This document shows, piece after piece, positions 27,944-37,431 of a stretch of DNA of 64,000 bases. Position numbers and translations under genes: made by a program. Where the stretch lies: the NCBI GenBank assembly GCA_964035545.1, contig OZ037768.1, positions 16,351,875 through 16,415,874 on the forward strand. Reading direction: 5' to 3'. Origin of the DNA: Bugula neritina (Eukaryota > Animalia > Bryozoa). The number at the start of each line of letters is the position of its first letter. Position 1 is the stretch's first letter. The notes under the pieces are model-generated. The model was not told the origin of the DNA and made no database searches. It was given only the letters and a program-made list of their open reading frames with translations.

Positions 27944-29580
27944 GAGCTTAAAGTCAGTTTATTGTGTCTTTAGATTTACTCTTGCTTCCACGAGGCTCTA
28001 TAGCACATATATACATACATTATTTACTTGGTTTTATAGAAATAAACCAAATAAAATTTTGATGGTGCTATAATAACCATTATCAGAAATAACCTATTTG
28101 TGTGCACACACAGTAATTGTTGTGAGCACAAAGACAGCAAAAAATATTGTATTTATGGTTTCAGTTTATGGCCATAGTTTTATCGTATGATTATCTTATA
28201 CATGTCAGCACTTTTTTACCAATTATAAAAACTGTGAGTTGGTGCAGAAATATTTTGTGAAATACATAAGCTAAAGCTTTCGGAAAAATTACGTACGATA
28301 TAAGAGTAATGTGATCATTTTCAAAATTGTTAATCAAATTATCAACTGTTAAGATAAGCAGGCGCAAGATATTTCATTGTACAAACTTCATGTTTCACAT
28401 CTGTTATTACTTATACATGGAATTTGGCTAAATATATGTTATATACTCAAGTATAACCGAGAAGTAATAAAGATGGATGACCATGATACTTTTATTATGA
28501 TTCAGTAACTTACAGCCAACACAGGCAAGAAGACAGAAAATTGGGTGGTAGCCTAAGTTTGCTGGGTCATGTTTGGAACATTTTGTAAATTGGAACAACT
28601 CTGGAGTTAGCATGTTTGATACTAGAATTAAATTTGTTTTTATTTACAAAAGGATCTAAACACAATTTTTTTAAATATAAAAATTAATAATACAATTATT
28701 GATGATTTAACGAACGCTCAAGTAGCCTATAGACTATAAATAACAACAATAACATATTAAAACATCACAGTTTATACTAAAAATATTTGTATGATTGTAT
28801 TTACAATAAATATATTGGTTAAATTTTTTAATTGGTATTATATTATTATTAGCAGTTTTAAATTACCAACAACAATATCAATAATAATTGTGATTCAGTA
28901 TTTTGTAACACTAATTCAACTTGTAACTGTAAGCATTAAAAAATAATATTAAATTTAACATTCAAATGACATGCTTAAATTGAAGATTGACAAAATTGAT
29001 ACTCACAATCACAATGTGAATGTAATTCAACAACTTAAAATTGACCAATCCATACAAATATCAAATTAGATGTCAGTTTAAATACCTAATGATAATCTTA
29101 CAGTGCAACTAATAATAGATGTAATAGTAATAACTAATATTTACTCATAATCAGATATTGAGTTAATATTAATCATATTCATCAATCATATGAATTTTAT
29201 TAAATTAACTTTTGGTATGATAATCAATTTATTATGGTATAAAACAAATATTAATAAGTATAATAATTATATTTCAATTTTTTAGTCACACTTATAGCTA
29301 TACTTTTCATTATTAGACTTGGTTATTAATAGTACAGGCACTAATCTAATAGTAATAGTATTAACTAATTAAATAAGTAATTAATTAAAATGGTATATAT
29401 CTGTAACACTAATACTAATACTAATAGTAATACTATCACCATAAACTTGAATTTGAAGTGATGAACTTCAACTTGAACTTGAAGTTCATAGTAAATGTAA
29501 TACTAATATTAATAGTGATACTAATAAGTATAACTATAAGCAATAATTAATAATAGCGCATGAGTTATCGCACTATGACT

Positions 29581-30050
29581 GGGTTACTGTCGTTTCATAC
29601 ACAAGTCCTTTTGTACACCAGTTGTTTCGTACACAAGCTGCTATCCATCTCGCACGCAAAATGAATAATAAATTAATCCACTAGATAACCACTTGATTGA
29701 TACTAGTTTACCTATTCATTGCATCCTAGCTTTCTCTCTCACTCCTAGCATATTTTTGAAACAAAAAAGTTATTTATCAACTATGTGCTTCCATCTACTG
29801 ATAACAATATCCAAACCAAAAGAGCAGTTCTATCTTAACATCTAGGCTACCTATCACAATAACAAATAAGAATGCGGTGAAATGAACTGTGTAAGTTACT
29901 AATTCTTGAGAGCAGTACTTTTTGACTCATATATCAAATAGAAGATAAATATAAAATAAAAAGTATGTATTTTAGTAATTCATATTGATGTGTACAAAAC
30001 GACTTATCAGATGCGTAGGAAATTACTTGTGTGAGAAATGGCCTGTACTG
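29581..30050. mobile_element. Non-autonomous DNA transposon with subterminal repeats
   Basis: Degenerate inverted subterminal repeats (tttcgtacacaagtc / gacttgtgtgagaaa type); CTATGACT direct repeat on both flanks (29573-29580, 30051-30058). Confidence 0.55.
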
Positions 30051-30224
30051 CTATGACTATCTGCTATTCGTTCCTATTGTACTAGTACTACTACTACTAC
30101 ACTACTACTATTACTAGTACAATAACAGATAACTTCTACTTTTAGCACTCCTAGTCTACTACTAGTTCAATAACAGATAAGTTCTAGTTCTACTTCTAGC
30201 TCTGCTACTACTAGTGAGTAGTAG

Positions 30225-30529
30225 TGTTATAATTTTCAGATTTAGGGTTGATGTGCTATCCAGAGAGTCTATTTATTTACTATAGAACTGCACCAGGATA
30301 AGTCGAGTGAACGAGTATATTTTACACACAATTATACATTATAAAAACGATACATTATTTCCAAACAAGTTACACATCTAATCTATTTCACACTCTAGCT
30401 TCGACTGAGTTAGCAGCGGGAAACTACAATTGCTGCTAACTATCAACTACGCTAATTGGCTATCCATTGTTCCGGGTCAATTACGTGACCCTACATGTTG
30501 TGCTGCTGGTAGTTCCACGAACCACCACA
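30225..30529 (-). repeat. 3' LTR (305 bp)
   Basis: Identical to 37432-37736; minus strand has CCAAT, an Inr-like TCAGTC and AATAAA. Confidence 0.97.
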
Positions 30530-30540
30530 CCGCCCCCACC
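30530..30540 (-). other. Polypurine tract
   Basis: GGTGGGGGCGG on the minus strand immediately before the 3' LTR. Confidence 0.8.
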
Positions 30541-30819
30541 AGCAGAAAGCCATCTTTCTGATATATACATAAAAAAAAACATTCATTAGTAACCGCATAC
30601 ATCAGTGGACAAAATAATACATAATATACAGGACGAGACATAATAATAGACAGAGTCATTATAACGATCCGTTGCATACAAGTGGCCAGCTGTAGATAGA
30701 CGAGGAATACTAGCTAGCTGTGGTGTTAGACAGGGGATAACCTGTTAAGCAGTCAAACATTTGCATGACATCTTGGTTCCTCCCGAGATGTGAAGTTGCG
30801 GAGTATTCTGGGTAGCCAA

Positions 30820-31641
30820 CTAGAGTCCTTGTTGGGCACGCCGGTGTTTGGCTTGGCATGTACGCAGTTTCCGTTTCATACGGCATACGGATCCCTTTAG
30901 CTGGAAGAGTCCTGTGGTAGTGTTAAGTAGATCTGGTGCCAGCTGGGTGAACTCTTCTTGTAATCGTAGGAGGCGTTCTTCTACTGTAGCCAGGCGTACT
31001 GGGTCCGGGGACGGTGTCCGTCTGCGGCGCAAGGGTGGACTGGGGGACCTGGTTCGTCTCTTCGCCGGTGTGGGGGAGATCTCTCCTTCTTCTGGATATG
31101 TAATTTCCTCGGGGGTGTATGTAATTTGAGGACGGTCAGACACCAACGGGGATTGTTGGCGGGCGTTGTCTAACACACGTTGGAACCCCGAGGACAGAAC
31201 GGCTAACAACATGGCCTTCTTCACCAGAGGTCGTATAAGTGTGAGGAACTCCGGGTATAGCTTAGCGTCGACCACGTAGTTTTCTCCAGGGAAACAGCCC
31301 GCCGCTCGGTGTCTGGTGACGGGGTAGGGATACACATCATTGTACCCGCAGGGGCAGAATGTTAGTAGGAGATGAGCATTGACGTGTAGTTTAAGGGAGC
31401 GGTGAGAGGCGCAATCTTCACCACAGATCTGGCATCTCGTTCGTCCTCTGGACCCCCAGGCCGTTTCTATTTCTTCCTCTGTTTGTGGAGACACCCACCG
31501 CCAACGGCGGCGTAGTGGCTCAGGCCGATCACCACTAGCACACTCCTCCGGATACGGAGCGGGAAGTGTTCTATCCCGTACCCTGGTTGTAGCGGGTCGA
31601 GTGTAATCTGAAAAAGTTTCAACAGTGTTAATACAGTACAC
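30820..31641 (-). CDS. Retrotransposon ORF3: C2H2 zinc-finger, Arg/SP-rich, coiled-coil accessory protein (probably spliced; coding exon 31607-30820)
   Basis: 273-codon ORF starting at GTG; CQIC-x12-HVNAH finger followed by CPC...H-x4-C; KRRTRSPSPPLRRRRTPSP; C-terminal heptads; acceptor ttttcag| at 31608. Confidence 0.8.
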   Translation of the reverse strand: MYCINTVETFSDYTRPATTRVRDRTLPAPYPEECASGDRPEPLRRRWRWVSPQTEEEIETAWGSRGRTRCQICGEDCASHRSLKLHVNAHLLLTFCPCGYNDVYPYPVTRHRAAGCFPGENYVVDAKLYPEFLTLIRPLVKKAMLLAVLSSGFQRVLDNARQQSPLVSDRPQITYTPEEITYPEEGEISPTPAKRRTRSPSPPLRRRRTPSPDPVRLATVEERLLRLQEEFTQLAPDLLNTTTGLFQLKGSVCRMKRKLRTCQAKHRRAQQGL

Positions 31642-31921
31642 TGCTGTGTTGTCAGCTTGAACAGCTTGGCAACTCCTAATTCAGTTACCTCGTAGAGATT
31701 AATGGTAGTGAATAGTCAGATAGAACACGTATTGCAATGAGATTATAAAAATCTCTAAGTCAAACTGAGTTCTTACTACGGTATTTCACTAACCTATCTC
31801 CAGCTCGATTGACTCAGTGAGTCAGAGCTGAGCGATGCAATCTAGTTTCGTATTAAGATATAGTTAACTCACCCCACGATCTGTTGTCGTAAGACATACT
31901 GAATGTGTGAAATGGTTTGAA

Positions 31922-32512
31922 CTACTGCTTAGAAACACGTCTACTCCTGACTGCATCAGCGTATGAAAAGATCGAGCAACGTGGTTGGGGTGCGTGATTA
32001 AGACTTTGTGCACCCGGCGGATGAATTTTGTTTCTATTTCCGCCGATACAAAAGTTGATTTTTCCGTGGTGTTGACAACTCCCACATTTGCTCGATTCTT
32101 TTCTCGTACGGTTTTCCCCTAGACTTTCATGTGTGCCGCTTTTAACGCAGTCACATACGAAGTCCTTCAAGTATGCGGGGGGTTGCCTCGTACGCTGTCC
32201 CCTTTCTAGGGGGGGTGACACGCTTGCCGGTTCGTTAGTAGGGGCCTCTAATGGCGTCTCTACTTCACCGTTAGCGGTCACCTCTTCTTGTTCTCCGGAT
32301 GGAGCCCCTCCCTCCGTGGGGGTTTGCACTTCCGGAACCGGCTCGGTTTCTGGAAGTGATGGAATTAGACTTGGCGGTGGCGGACACGCTTCTGTTGACA
32401 AAAGCTGCCGCTCCTCGCTCACCAAGTTTTCTTCCCGCGGTATGATCACTTCGTATTCAGGTCCATGCCGCCGTCGCCCGCGCGTTGTTGTTTGCCTCCT
32501 GGGCTCTAACAA
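31922..32512 (-). CDS. C-terminal tail of Pol/integrase, out of frame at a C12 run
   Basis: Pro/Glu-rich linker then RGQRTRQPPAYLKDFV, a motif typical of Gypsy integrase C-termini; would be in frame with pol if the run were C10 or C13. Confidence 0.7.
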   Translation of the reverse strand: MLEPRRQTTTRGRRRHGPEYEVIIPREENLVSEERQLLSTEACPPPPSLIPSLPETEPVPEVQTPTEGGAPSGEQEEVTANGEVETPLEAPTNEPASVSPPLERGQRTRQPPAYLKDFVCDCVKSGTHESLGENRTRKESSKCGSCQHHGKINFCIGGNRNKIHPPGAQSLNHAPQPRCSIFSYADAVRSRRVSKQ

Positions 32513-35500
32513 CGGGGGGGGGGGGCTTCTCCCACTCCGCCGGGGCTAGCCCAATACGGTTTCAAGCGAGACTCATTCTGGATAGACACCTGTCCTGAGC
32601 GCTCAATCTTGTACGTATGATTGGGCATAGCCTCGACGACCACGTAGGGGCCTACGAACTTAGGCTTCAGCTTATCAGCCTGTCCGCGACGCCTACGGTA
32701 ATTGACCATCCACACCTTATCTCCCGTTTGATAGAGAGGTGGTTCATCGGAATCTTCGTGCCGCACCTTCCACTGCTGTTGACGCAGTATATCGTGTGCG
32801 GCCTTCATCCGTTCCACTAGTTCACTGGCATACTCGTGAACCAAGTTGTCTTGCTCTGGAACGTGGTAGGTGAGATGGTCAGGGACACGAGTCTCTCTCC
32901 CGAGCATCAAGAGGTTTGGGGTCTCACCAGTACTGGTGTGTGGGGTGCTACGGTATGCACGCATGACTTGTGGCAATACCGTATCCCATTCCTCTTGACC
33001 TCGTCCAAGGAGGAGACTCCGGAGTGCATCACCTAGCATCCGGTTGTTGCGCTCCACCACCCCGTTACCTTGAGGGTGGTAGGGGGTGGTCCTGCTCTGA
33101 TTTACTCCCCAGAGGTGGCAAAGGTCGCTCATCAGTTGAGACTGGAATTGAGCGCCTTGATCAGAGTGTATCTGTTCGGGAAGCCCAAAATAACAGAATA
33201 CATGTTGGTCTAGCGCCCTGGCCACTGTTGGGGCTGATGCATCTGGGATAGCCAGAGCATCCGCCCACCTAGTAAAGTGGTCGGTTAGTACTAGGATCCA
33301 ATTATTGCCTCTGGGGGTCAGGGGCATGGGTCCGACCAGGTCTACAGCGACTACTTGCCAGGGCCTACCAGCATATAGCCTCCGCCGTCCTGCCTCACCA
33401 GGGGGGCGGCTATGCTTACTGGCCTGGCAGATCTCACACTGTTTGACTCTGAGCCGGACGTCACGCTCCATCTGCGGCCAATACCACCGGAGTCGTAATT
33501 TGGATATCACTCTCTTAACCCCTGCGTGGGCCTGTTTGTGAGTATCCCAAATCAACTCACGGCGGATGGCTGTGGGGCAGACTACCCTCTTCCTTTCCGA
33601 GTGTCTGCCGCTGGCAGCTAGAGAGATGGTTAGTAACCCATCCTGCCCGATCCGCAGCGAGTCCCAACGCTGACAGTATAGCCGGAACTCGGCGCATCCC
33701 TGTCGTATGCGTTCCTCGCTGGGTCGTCGCCCTTCCCTTTTGGCCCGGTATATGTCTGCCACGACTCCAGGCAGCTCTTCTTGGAGCTTCTTCAGCTCTC
33801 GAACATTACCGGCCAGTACAGGGTTGGCGCGGAGGTTTTGTACATCCTCCGGGGACTCATCAACTCTTTGCCTGAGTTGACCTTGATCCCAGTCAAACGG
33901 TGCTCCGTGATGAGCCAGCGTCTCCAACTCGCATCGCGGGGGACCTCCATCCCTCCTCTCGATGTTGAGACACTGTTTGCAACCTCCGTCAGGTCGGCGA
34001 CTCAACCCATACGCATTGCTGTGTCTCTTGCCCGGTCGATGTTCGATCCGGTATGAGAATTCAGCTAGGATTTCGAGCCACCGGGCGACCTGACTAGAGG
34101 GCTCTGCTCTCCTGCACAACCAGATCAGCGAGGCATGATCCGTACGCAGCCGGAACTTCCTGCCATATAGGTATGGTCTGAAGTGCTTCACTGACTTGAT
34201 TACTGCCAGCAGCTCCTTGCGGGTAGTGCAGTAATTTCGTTCAGCGGGTGAGAGAGACTTGCTGTAGTAGGCTACTACTACCTCTCGGCCTTCCTGCACT
34301 TGTGACAGCACAGCGCCAACATTTTGGTCACTGGCGTCCGTGTCCAGGATGTACTCCAGAGTGGGGTCTGGGTAGGCCAAGATGGGCGCCGTTAGTAGGC
34401 AGCCCTTTAGGCGGTCGAACGCTTCTTGCTCGACTGGAGTCCACTGCCACGTCACTCCCTTTGCGGTGAGCCGGTTTAACGGCTGGGCTATGCCGGCAAA
34501 GTCTGGTATGTATTGCCTGTAATACCCTACCAGCCCCAAGAAAGCCCGGAGTCCGGTCAAGTCTTGGGGGGTGACCCAGTCTTCTACTGCCCGTACCTTT
34601 TCGGGATCCGTTGCCACGCCGTTTCGACCGACAACGTGCCCCAGATACTTGACCTCCGGCTGCAATAGAGCGCACTTGGAAGGTTTGAGCTTAAGACCGG
34701 CACCTCGGAGTCTCTCGAAAACCTCCTGCAGACGACTGATATGTGTCTCGAAGTCTGGAGAGATTACGATGACATCATCGAGGTAGACCAGCAGCGTCTT
34801 CCAATGGAGTCCGCTAAGGACTTGTTCCATCAGCCTCTGGAAGGTGGCTGGGGCGGAGGTTAACCCGAAAGGCAGCACCTTCCACTTCCACAAACCGTCC
34901 CGTGTGATAAACGCCGCTTTCTCTTGGGCGTCGGGACTCAGAGGAACTTGCCAATAGCCGCTTAGCAAGTCTAACGTACTGAAGTACTTGCTGCCGGCTA
35001 GGGCGTCCAATGACTCGTCAATACGAGGTAGAGGGTAGGCGTCCTGTATGGTTACGCTATTGAGTTTGCGATAGTCCACACAGAACCGCCAACTGCCGTC
35101 TTTCTTCCGGACCAGTACGACTGGCGAGCTCCACGCACTATGGGCGGGCTCTATCAGTCCCCGGTCCAGAAGATCCCGTACTTGTCGGCTAACCTCCTTC
35201 TCTTTCTCCGGCCCCAGCCTGCGTGTGGGCTGCCGGACAGGGACTGTCCCTGCAGTCAGCGGTATTTCGTGTCTGACAATTCCAGTCAGTCCCACGTCAT
35301 GCTCTCCGCTGCTGAACACATCACCGTAGTCGCGTAGTAACTTAGCCATAGCTTGGCGTTCTCTGTTACTCGCGCAGCCGCCACTGGCTGTTTCGTATAA
35401 CTCCCGGAGATGTGTTGGGACTGCCCCCCGTCCCTGAATAGGGCACTGAGGGGGTGCCTCCGTCGCATCACCCAGCGACGGGCCTACGTCTCCCTCCTGA

Positions 35501-36558
35501 ACAGAGTGAAAACGGCCCAGCATCGACCCAGCCGGGAGCTTGATAGGCTCGGTAAAGGGGTTGACACACTGCACTAAGATCTCCCCTTGCTCAGTCAGCT
35601 GATTCAGACTGCTGGCAAGTTGGATCTTTTCGTGCGCGCCTTCAACCACCCCGAGTCCAGAGATCCGGCTACTATTCACCCTGCAGTGAATGGTAGCCCG
35701 GGAGCGGCCTGGTATGATACGGTTGCGTACCACTTGCACACCTCCCACTAAAGGGCGGCCGAACTTGTCGACGCAGGCGAGTTCACGCCCGGACATCATC
35801 ATTGCAGATCTGCTAAAATCTATGTGACATCCGTGCCGTTTAAGGAACGGCATCCCGAGGATAGCATCCTCCTTGAGCTGACTGACGATGAACGTCTCTT
35901 GGATCGTTTGATCACGGACTCGTCCCGTCAGCTCAATTATGCCATAGAAGGGAAGGCACGACCCGTCAGCGAGGGTGCCGTATTCCCCTTCGTATGCTTC
36001 CATCTCGCCCCTGACCCTAGTACTGAGGGTGTCGAAGAGTTGGCGGCTTAAGAGGTTTGTGGTACAGCCCGAATCAATGAGGAAAGTAACAGCTTTGCCT
36101 TCCAGTTTACCGGGCAAGAAATAGCTGTTCCCATGGGGCTGCACCTGAACTCTCCCTTCAGGCCTTACTCTCGCAGGGAGTACCTCCCTCGCTTTGAGTC
36201 GCGAAGGAGGTCTCTTAGGGCGGTGGTAGGTAGGCCTCGGGGGTGCCGAGGCTAGATTCTCAGCTACCTTTGTGGGCTCCCATCCAGATTCTTGGACTTG
36301 TAGCCCTGTGAATCTGTTGTGAAGGGGCATAGAAAAGGCAGCTGCGGGGCGAAGCCCCTTGCTGGTCCGTCGTGGCTGTTGCCACTGTTGGTTGCCAGTA
36401 CGCGGTACCCGTCTGGGTGACCTGCGTTTCTTCTTCCCTGGAGGTTTCATCGTCGGCCCGCGGAAGGTGGGAACATCTGCGGGCCGCGGTAGTTTAACCC
36501 CTGATTTAGGAAGGGACAATATCGGCGGAAATGTCCTTGATTTCCGCACTCCCAGCAA
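32506..36558 (-). CDS. pol: Pol polyprotein (aspartic protease, RT, RNase H, integrase)
   Basis: FLIDSGC (protease), LPFGL and YLDD (RT), DTDASD (RNase H), HKQAH..CEIC zinc finger, VAVD/HSDQG/ERNN DDE core, KFVGPY (GPY/F). Confidence 0.97.
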   Translation of the reverse strand: MLGVRKSRTFPPILSLPKSGVKLPRPADVPTFRGPTMKPPGKKKRRSPRRVPRTGNQQWQQPRRTSKGLRPAAAFSMPLHNRFTGLQVQESGWEPTKVAENLASAPPRPTYHRPKRPPSRLKAREVLPARVRPEGRVQVQPHGNSYFLPGKLEGKAVTFLIDSGCTTNLLSRQLFDTLSTRVRGEMEAYEGEYGTLADGSCLPFYGIIELTGRVRDQTIQETFIVSQLKEDAILGMPFLKRHGCHIDFSRSAMMMSGRELACVDKFGRPLVGGVQVVRNRIIPGRSRATIHCRVNSSRISGLGVVEGAHEKIQLASSLNQLTEQGEILVQCVNPFTEPIKLPAGSMLGRFHSVQEGDVGPSLGDATEAPPQCPIQGRGAVPTHLRELYETASGGCASNRERQAMAKLLRDYGDVFSSGEHDVGLTGIVRHEIPLTAGTVPVRQPTRRLGPEKEKEVSRQVRDLLDRGLIEPAHSAWSSPVVLVRKKDGSWRFCVDYRKLNSVTIQDAYPLPRIDESLDALAGSKYFSTLDLLSGYWQVPLSPDAQEKAAFITRDGLWKWKVLPFGLTSAPATFQRLMEQVLSGLHWKTLLVYLDDVIVISPDFETHISRLQEVFERLRGAGLKLKPSKCALLQPEVKYLGHVVGRNGVATDPEKVRAVEDWVTPQDLTGLRAFLGLVGYYRQYIPDFAGIAQPLNRLTAKGVTWQWTPVEQEAFDRLKGCLLTAPILAYPDPTLEYILDTDASDQNVGAVLSQVQEGREVVVAYYSKSLSPAERNYCTTRKELLAVIKSVKHFRPYLYGRKFRLRTDHASLIWLCRRAEPSSQVARWLEILAEFSYRIEHRPGKRHSNAYGLSRRPDGGCKQCLNIERRDGGPPRCELETLAHHGAPFDWDQGQLRQRVDESPEDVQNLRANPVLAGNVRELKKLQEELPGVVADIYRAKREGRRPSEERIRQGCAEFRLYCQRWDSLRIGQDGLLTISLAASGRHSERKRVVCPTAIRRELIWDTHKQAHAGVKRVISKLRLRWYWPQMERDVRLRVKQCEICQASKHSRPPGEAGRRRLYAGRPWQVVAVDLVGPMPLTPRGNNWILVLTDHFTRWADALAIPDASAPTVARALDQHVFCYFGLPEQIHSDQGAQFQSQLMSDLCHLWGVNQSRTTPYHPQGNGVVERNNRMLGDALRSLLLGRGQEEWDTVLPQVMRAYRSTPHTSTGETPNLLMLGRETRVPDHLTYHVPEQDNLVHEYASELVERMKAAHDILRQQQWKVRHEDSDEPPLYQTGDKVWMVNYRRRRGQADKLKPKFVGPYVVVEAMPNHTYKIERSGQVSIQNESRLKPYWASPGGVGEAPPPRC
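36434..36498 (-). promoter_or_regulatory. -1 programmed ribosomal frameshift signal (gag-pol)
   Basis: G_UUA_AAC heptamer (36498-36492) in the gag frame, 5-nt spacer, stem CGGCCCGC/GCGGGCCG; loop UUCCC could pair with downstream GGGAA. Confidence 0.75.
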
Positions 36559-37400
36559 AAACTGACTGTTTCTCCCTGTGGCGGCGCCGATGGCCGCATG
36601 GGCTCAGGGGCGGTACTCACTGGGTTTTGTGGTGTCAGTGTTGCTATCAGCTTGGCTAGCATGTCCGTCAGTTGAGTGACTTTTGATGCCGTCGCCAACT
36701 GGGACACGGCAGCCGCGGCGGGGGTTTCCTCCCCTTGTCCCGCGGCCGTGTCTGCGCGGTCTATCTCCACTTGGCGGGAGCTTCCGCGACTTTTATGCAT
36801 TTGATTAGCTAGGAGGTAAGCTTCCCCCTCAGTCAGAGCATCTTCAACGGTGGTGACTCCCCTAGCTAGAAACTGGTGGTGGAGACCCAGATCGTCGACA
36901 GATGCTATGAAAGCCTCGAGGGTGTACCTCTCGCGGTTGACTGGGGGCAAGTCGCTGTACGCGATCTGTGCCAGCTTCATGACCGCGGCGGCATGCTCCC
37001 GCAGCGGGGTGCGGGGATCACGCCGCAACCTCTGCAATCGGGCCCTGGCATCTGTAGCAGAGAGGCCAAAGCGGGCCCGCAGAGAAGCAAAGATATTATC
37101 AATGTCTACACCCAGCCCATAGGGCTTGGCTTTGTCCATCAATGCCATTCTAAGCTTCAGCAAGGCCACCCTAGGGGGCCACTGAGCGACGTCCATTACG
37201 TCGCTAAACTCTTGGATAAATTGTTCCACCTCCTCTTCACCCGTGAAGGTGGGCGCCTTTAACCTGTAGCGGTCCTCAGCTAGTTCTCGCGGAACCCTTC
37301 GCTCTTCTACTACATGGTTAACAGGCATTGTCTCTACAGCATTGTCTCTACGCTCACCTTCAATTGCCGGTGGTTGAGTTCCAGCATTTTCAGTCTCCAT
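36447..37400 (-). CDS. gag: Gag (capsid plus CCHC nucleocapsid knuckle), 317 aa
   Basis: LKAPTFTGEEEVEQFIQEF capsid-type start; CWECGNQGHFRRYC zinc knuckle; overlaps pol, which is in the -1 frame. Confidence 0.93.
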   Translation of the reverse strand: METENAGTQPPAIEGERRDNAVETMPVNHVVEERRVPRELAEDRYRLKAPTFTGEEEVEQFIQEFSDVMDVAQWPPRVALLKLRMALMDKAKPYGLGVDIDNIFASLRARFGLSATDARARLQRLRRDPRTPLREHAAAVMKLAQIAYSDLPPVNRERYTLEAFIASVDDLGLHHQFLARGVTTVEDALTEGEAYLLANQMHKSRGSSRQVEIDRADTAAGQGEETPAAAAVSQLATASKVTQLTDMLAKLIATLTPQNPVSTAPEPMRPSAPPQGETVSFCWECGNQGHFRRYCPFLNQGLNYRGPQMFPPSAGRR

Positions 37401-37412
37401 CTTGGATGCACT

Positions 37413-37430
37413 ATCCCACTGCTGCCACCA
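37413..37430 (-). other. Primer-binding site complementary to the tRNA-Leu 3' end
   Basis: TGGTGGCAGCAGTGGGAT, 1 nt after the 5' LTR; its complement ATCCCAC(T)GCTGCCA-CCA matches the metazoan tRNA-Leu(AAG/TAG) 3' end as I recall it. Confidence 0.85.
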
Positions 37431-37431
37431 C

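Noticed and set aside
30820-31641. env gene
   Set aside because: No signal peptide or C-terminal transmembrane anchor; features indicate a nuclear protein
32088-37262. Several plus-strand ORFs antisense to gag/pol
   Set aside because: Expected shadow ORFs in GC-rich coding DNA; no recognisable motifs
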